Positions 61,600 through 64,000 of a stretch of DNA of 64,000 bases are shown here, in pieces (position 1 is the first letter of the stretch; every line of letters begins with the position of its first letter). A program made the translations under genes and the position numbers. The notes beneath the pieces are model-generated. The model made no database searches. It was not told the origin of the DNA and saw nothing but the letters and a program-made list of their open reading frames with translations. Origin of the DNA: Amoebophrya sp. A120 (Eukaryota > Protista > Dinoflagellata); the NCBI GenBank assembly GCA_905178155.1, contig CAJINV010000016.1, positions 1,393,386 to 1,457,385 on the forward strand, in the 5' to 3' direction.

Positions 61600-62269
61600 C
61601 TTGTTTTTATCTTTTCTTCGATGGGGTATACCTATACTGTCGCCTAAAAATCGAAAATGATGACTCCACTTGAAAACTTGTCGCTCCGCTGAATTAGTAT
61701 AATTTTCAGAGATTTAGCTCTGCTCTGCAAATACAACTACGAGAACTAAGGATACCCAAAATAGAGAATGCCATCGCAGAAAAAAGTAAGATACAACTCG
61801 TCATCGTCGGGTGAATATATACTAGGAGAGAATGAAATTGAAACATCAACACCCTGCGTAGATTGTTCGTTGCAAGGATGATTTCTTGGTGCCGGACGAT
61901 CGTCATAAACAAACAACTCGATCATGATGGATGGATGTGGATCTTCATCAAGCAAGGATTTAGCATTTGAATTTTGTGCCTCGCCAGATTGACCGCAAGA
62001 CTGGCTGCGAGCAGGCGTTAGGTGGACGTGGACCTCGACATTTTCATCATTTGATTTTTATTTCGTGGTGGAAGATGAAAAAGGGCAGATCGATGAAATT
62101 TCTACGGTGCCGCGACTAGGGCTACTTTGAAATTGAACTATAGCTTTACTAGATGAAGATGTCTTGTGACGAGTAGTTGATCGGCCTTCATTGCACCTTG
62201 CGATTTCGATCTTTCCTTCCTTTCATCATTTGCAGATTTATGGAACAGGAGGTGAGCTGACGCTCTTTC

Positions 62270-63560
62270 TGCATCTCCGGGCGCGCCCGCATGTGCGCAC
62301 CTTGGCCCAAGAAATGGCCTTTCGACCGAGCGACGCGCTTCGTAGAGGTGCTGCAGTCAAGAACTTACGGAGAAGAATTATCATCGCGCACGACACGCGC
62401 CTCCGCCTGCGCCCTCCTTTGGTTAGACAGATGAACGGCCAAAGCTGCAAAGGCTGCTGCGCGACAAAGTAGCGCGCACGCACTCAGGCACCCAGGGAGC
62501 GAGATTGACATGGCTGGCAACAGGCGCCAGACCAGTCGCACCCAAAGCAAACGAAGCTCCCGGGCCCGGCCGCGCGACGCGAGGGAGCTGCGCGCAGTTC
62601 GATGCACCGCGATACACCACCCAGGCGGCGATAGAAGAAAACTAATACACCAAGGGGGGCCGGGGCGCGGCGGGCCTCCTTTGCGGAGTAGCAAACGGAA
62701 CCACCAACGCGCCGGGGGGCGCGGGCGGGCCTGCGGCCGCGCGCGCCAATCCGGCCGCGGCCGAAACAAAAAATAAAAGCCGGGGGCGCGCGGGCCCAAG
62801 GGGCCCGGGCCCGTATCAAGACAAAGGAACACAAAGAAAGCGGCCGCGCGCCTCCCGCCCTGGGCTTCCGCGCACGTTCCGCCGTCGCCTTTGTGTGCAA
62901 GATCTGCGCCAATATTGTAGTGGGGGCATTCTTGCGCGCCGCGGCGTCGTCTGCGGTCTGCCACCCGATTCTTTCAACGCCGCCCAATGGTTATCGCGCG
63001 CGGGCGCTGGGCCCCCACATATGGGGCGGGCCGCGCAGGGGGAGCGGGGCCGGCGGCCCCGGGGCCCGCCGTGCGCCGGCCCCGAAGGCAGGGGCGAACA
63101 TTCCGGGCAGACGCCGAGAAAATACACCGGGCGGCCCCCCGCGGGCTGGCGACTCCGAAAGCCGGCGCGGCTTCTCGGTTCGCAGCCCATCGGGGCCCGC
63201 TCGCGGAATGCGGCCGACGCGCTGAAACCCGGCGCGCGCCCCGACCTACGTCGCTCCTTTCTTAGATAGGCCGGGCCGGCGGGGCGCTGCGCCCCGGCGT
63301 GCCTTTACGACACGACGCGCGGGCCTCTCTACAACTGCCGGCCGGCTCGTTGCCTGCAAACTCATAGCGGCCGCCAAGCCCTTGCCCTTTCTCTATTTGG
63401 CGCGTCGGCGTGGGGCAATACTAGGCGGCGGTTGGGGCTGCGTCGCCGCCGAGCTGTATCTGCGTCAATCGGAATCGCGAAAGACTTCGCCGAGGCACGG
63501 CGGGCGCTTTTCTTCAACAAGAAAAAACGCGCCCGCCTGGCCCATCACTCGCAGGCGCCT
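62270..63560. other. GC-rich intergenic island
   Basis: Extreme GC with ggcc/gcgc runs and no credible protein. Confidence 0.6.
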
Positions 63561-63843
63561 ACGCTCTGGGTTTTGCAACTACGTGTAGACCCTGCGGCAG
63601 GTGAAAAAGCTTCAGAAGTGCTCTTATCAGAAGAACAACACACGCATACCGTAATAAATCTATCAAAACGAGGAGAACACCATACACGGACACAGATGTC
63701 GTCGTGCAGCTTCCGCTGCTATTTTTCTTTTTACATTCACGCTCAGGCTATCTCACAATCAGCAGCGGAGAGGAGCCCGTGATTGAAGTGCATCATACAG
63801 TCGGCATTTTGTTTTTTTCCATTGATCTTGCGAAACGAAAGAG

Positions 63844-64000
63844 CTAAACTTCAATAGTTTCCTCTGCGTCTTCAACTTCATCTTTCGCAGTTTTTGTTGC
63901 GTTTGCGTCTTCCGTGCCTGGCTCTGCGCCGTCTACCACCGTACTATCAGCCTCTGCTTCCCCAGCCTTTTTATCTTCCGCTTCTCCACCCCCCGCAGCA
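63844..64000 (-). CDS. 3' end of an acidic protein that starts beyond the window
   Basis: Open frame ...GGEAEDKKAGEAEADSTVVDGAEPGTEDANATKTAKDEVEDAEETIEV stop. Confidence 0.55.
   Translation of the reverse strand, partial: AAGGGEAEDKKAGEAEADSTVVDGAEPGTEDANATKTAKDEVEDAEETIEV

Overview
Eukaryotic genomic DNA, most likely a parasitic syndinian dinoflagellate such as Amoebophrya. This is an inference from three things: every supported gene lies on the minus strand, many introns are non-canonical and bounded by inverted repeats, and one protein has a dinoflagellate-type (V/I)KNTF motif. I find about 13 host genes, including RRN3, Vti1, a PDZ/GRAB golgin, an ATP-grasp protein, an R3H protein and an LRR-like protein. 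They are interrupted by 17 introner elements with TAT...(A/G)TA ends and 5-bp target duplications; removing an element plus one duplication rejoins the reading frame. Highlights: (1) a 10.5-kb tyrosine-recombinase retrotransposon (28755-39304) with split direct repeats, a TATAA crossover core and the unusual order ORF1-YR-Gag-RT/RNaseH; (2) a reconstructed 1599-aa protein fusing a pentameric ligand-gated ion channel to a GDA1/CD39 apyrase-like domain; (3) RRN3 with an inserted DeCL/DUF3223-like domain; (4) an anchorless Vti1 next to a long protein carrying a duplicated Vti1 Habc domain. All domain calls come from motifs recognised by eye; no searches were run.
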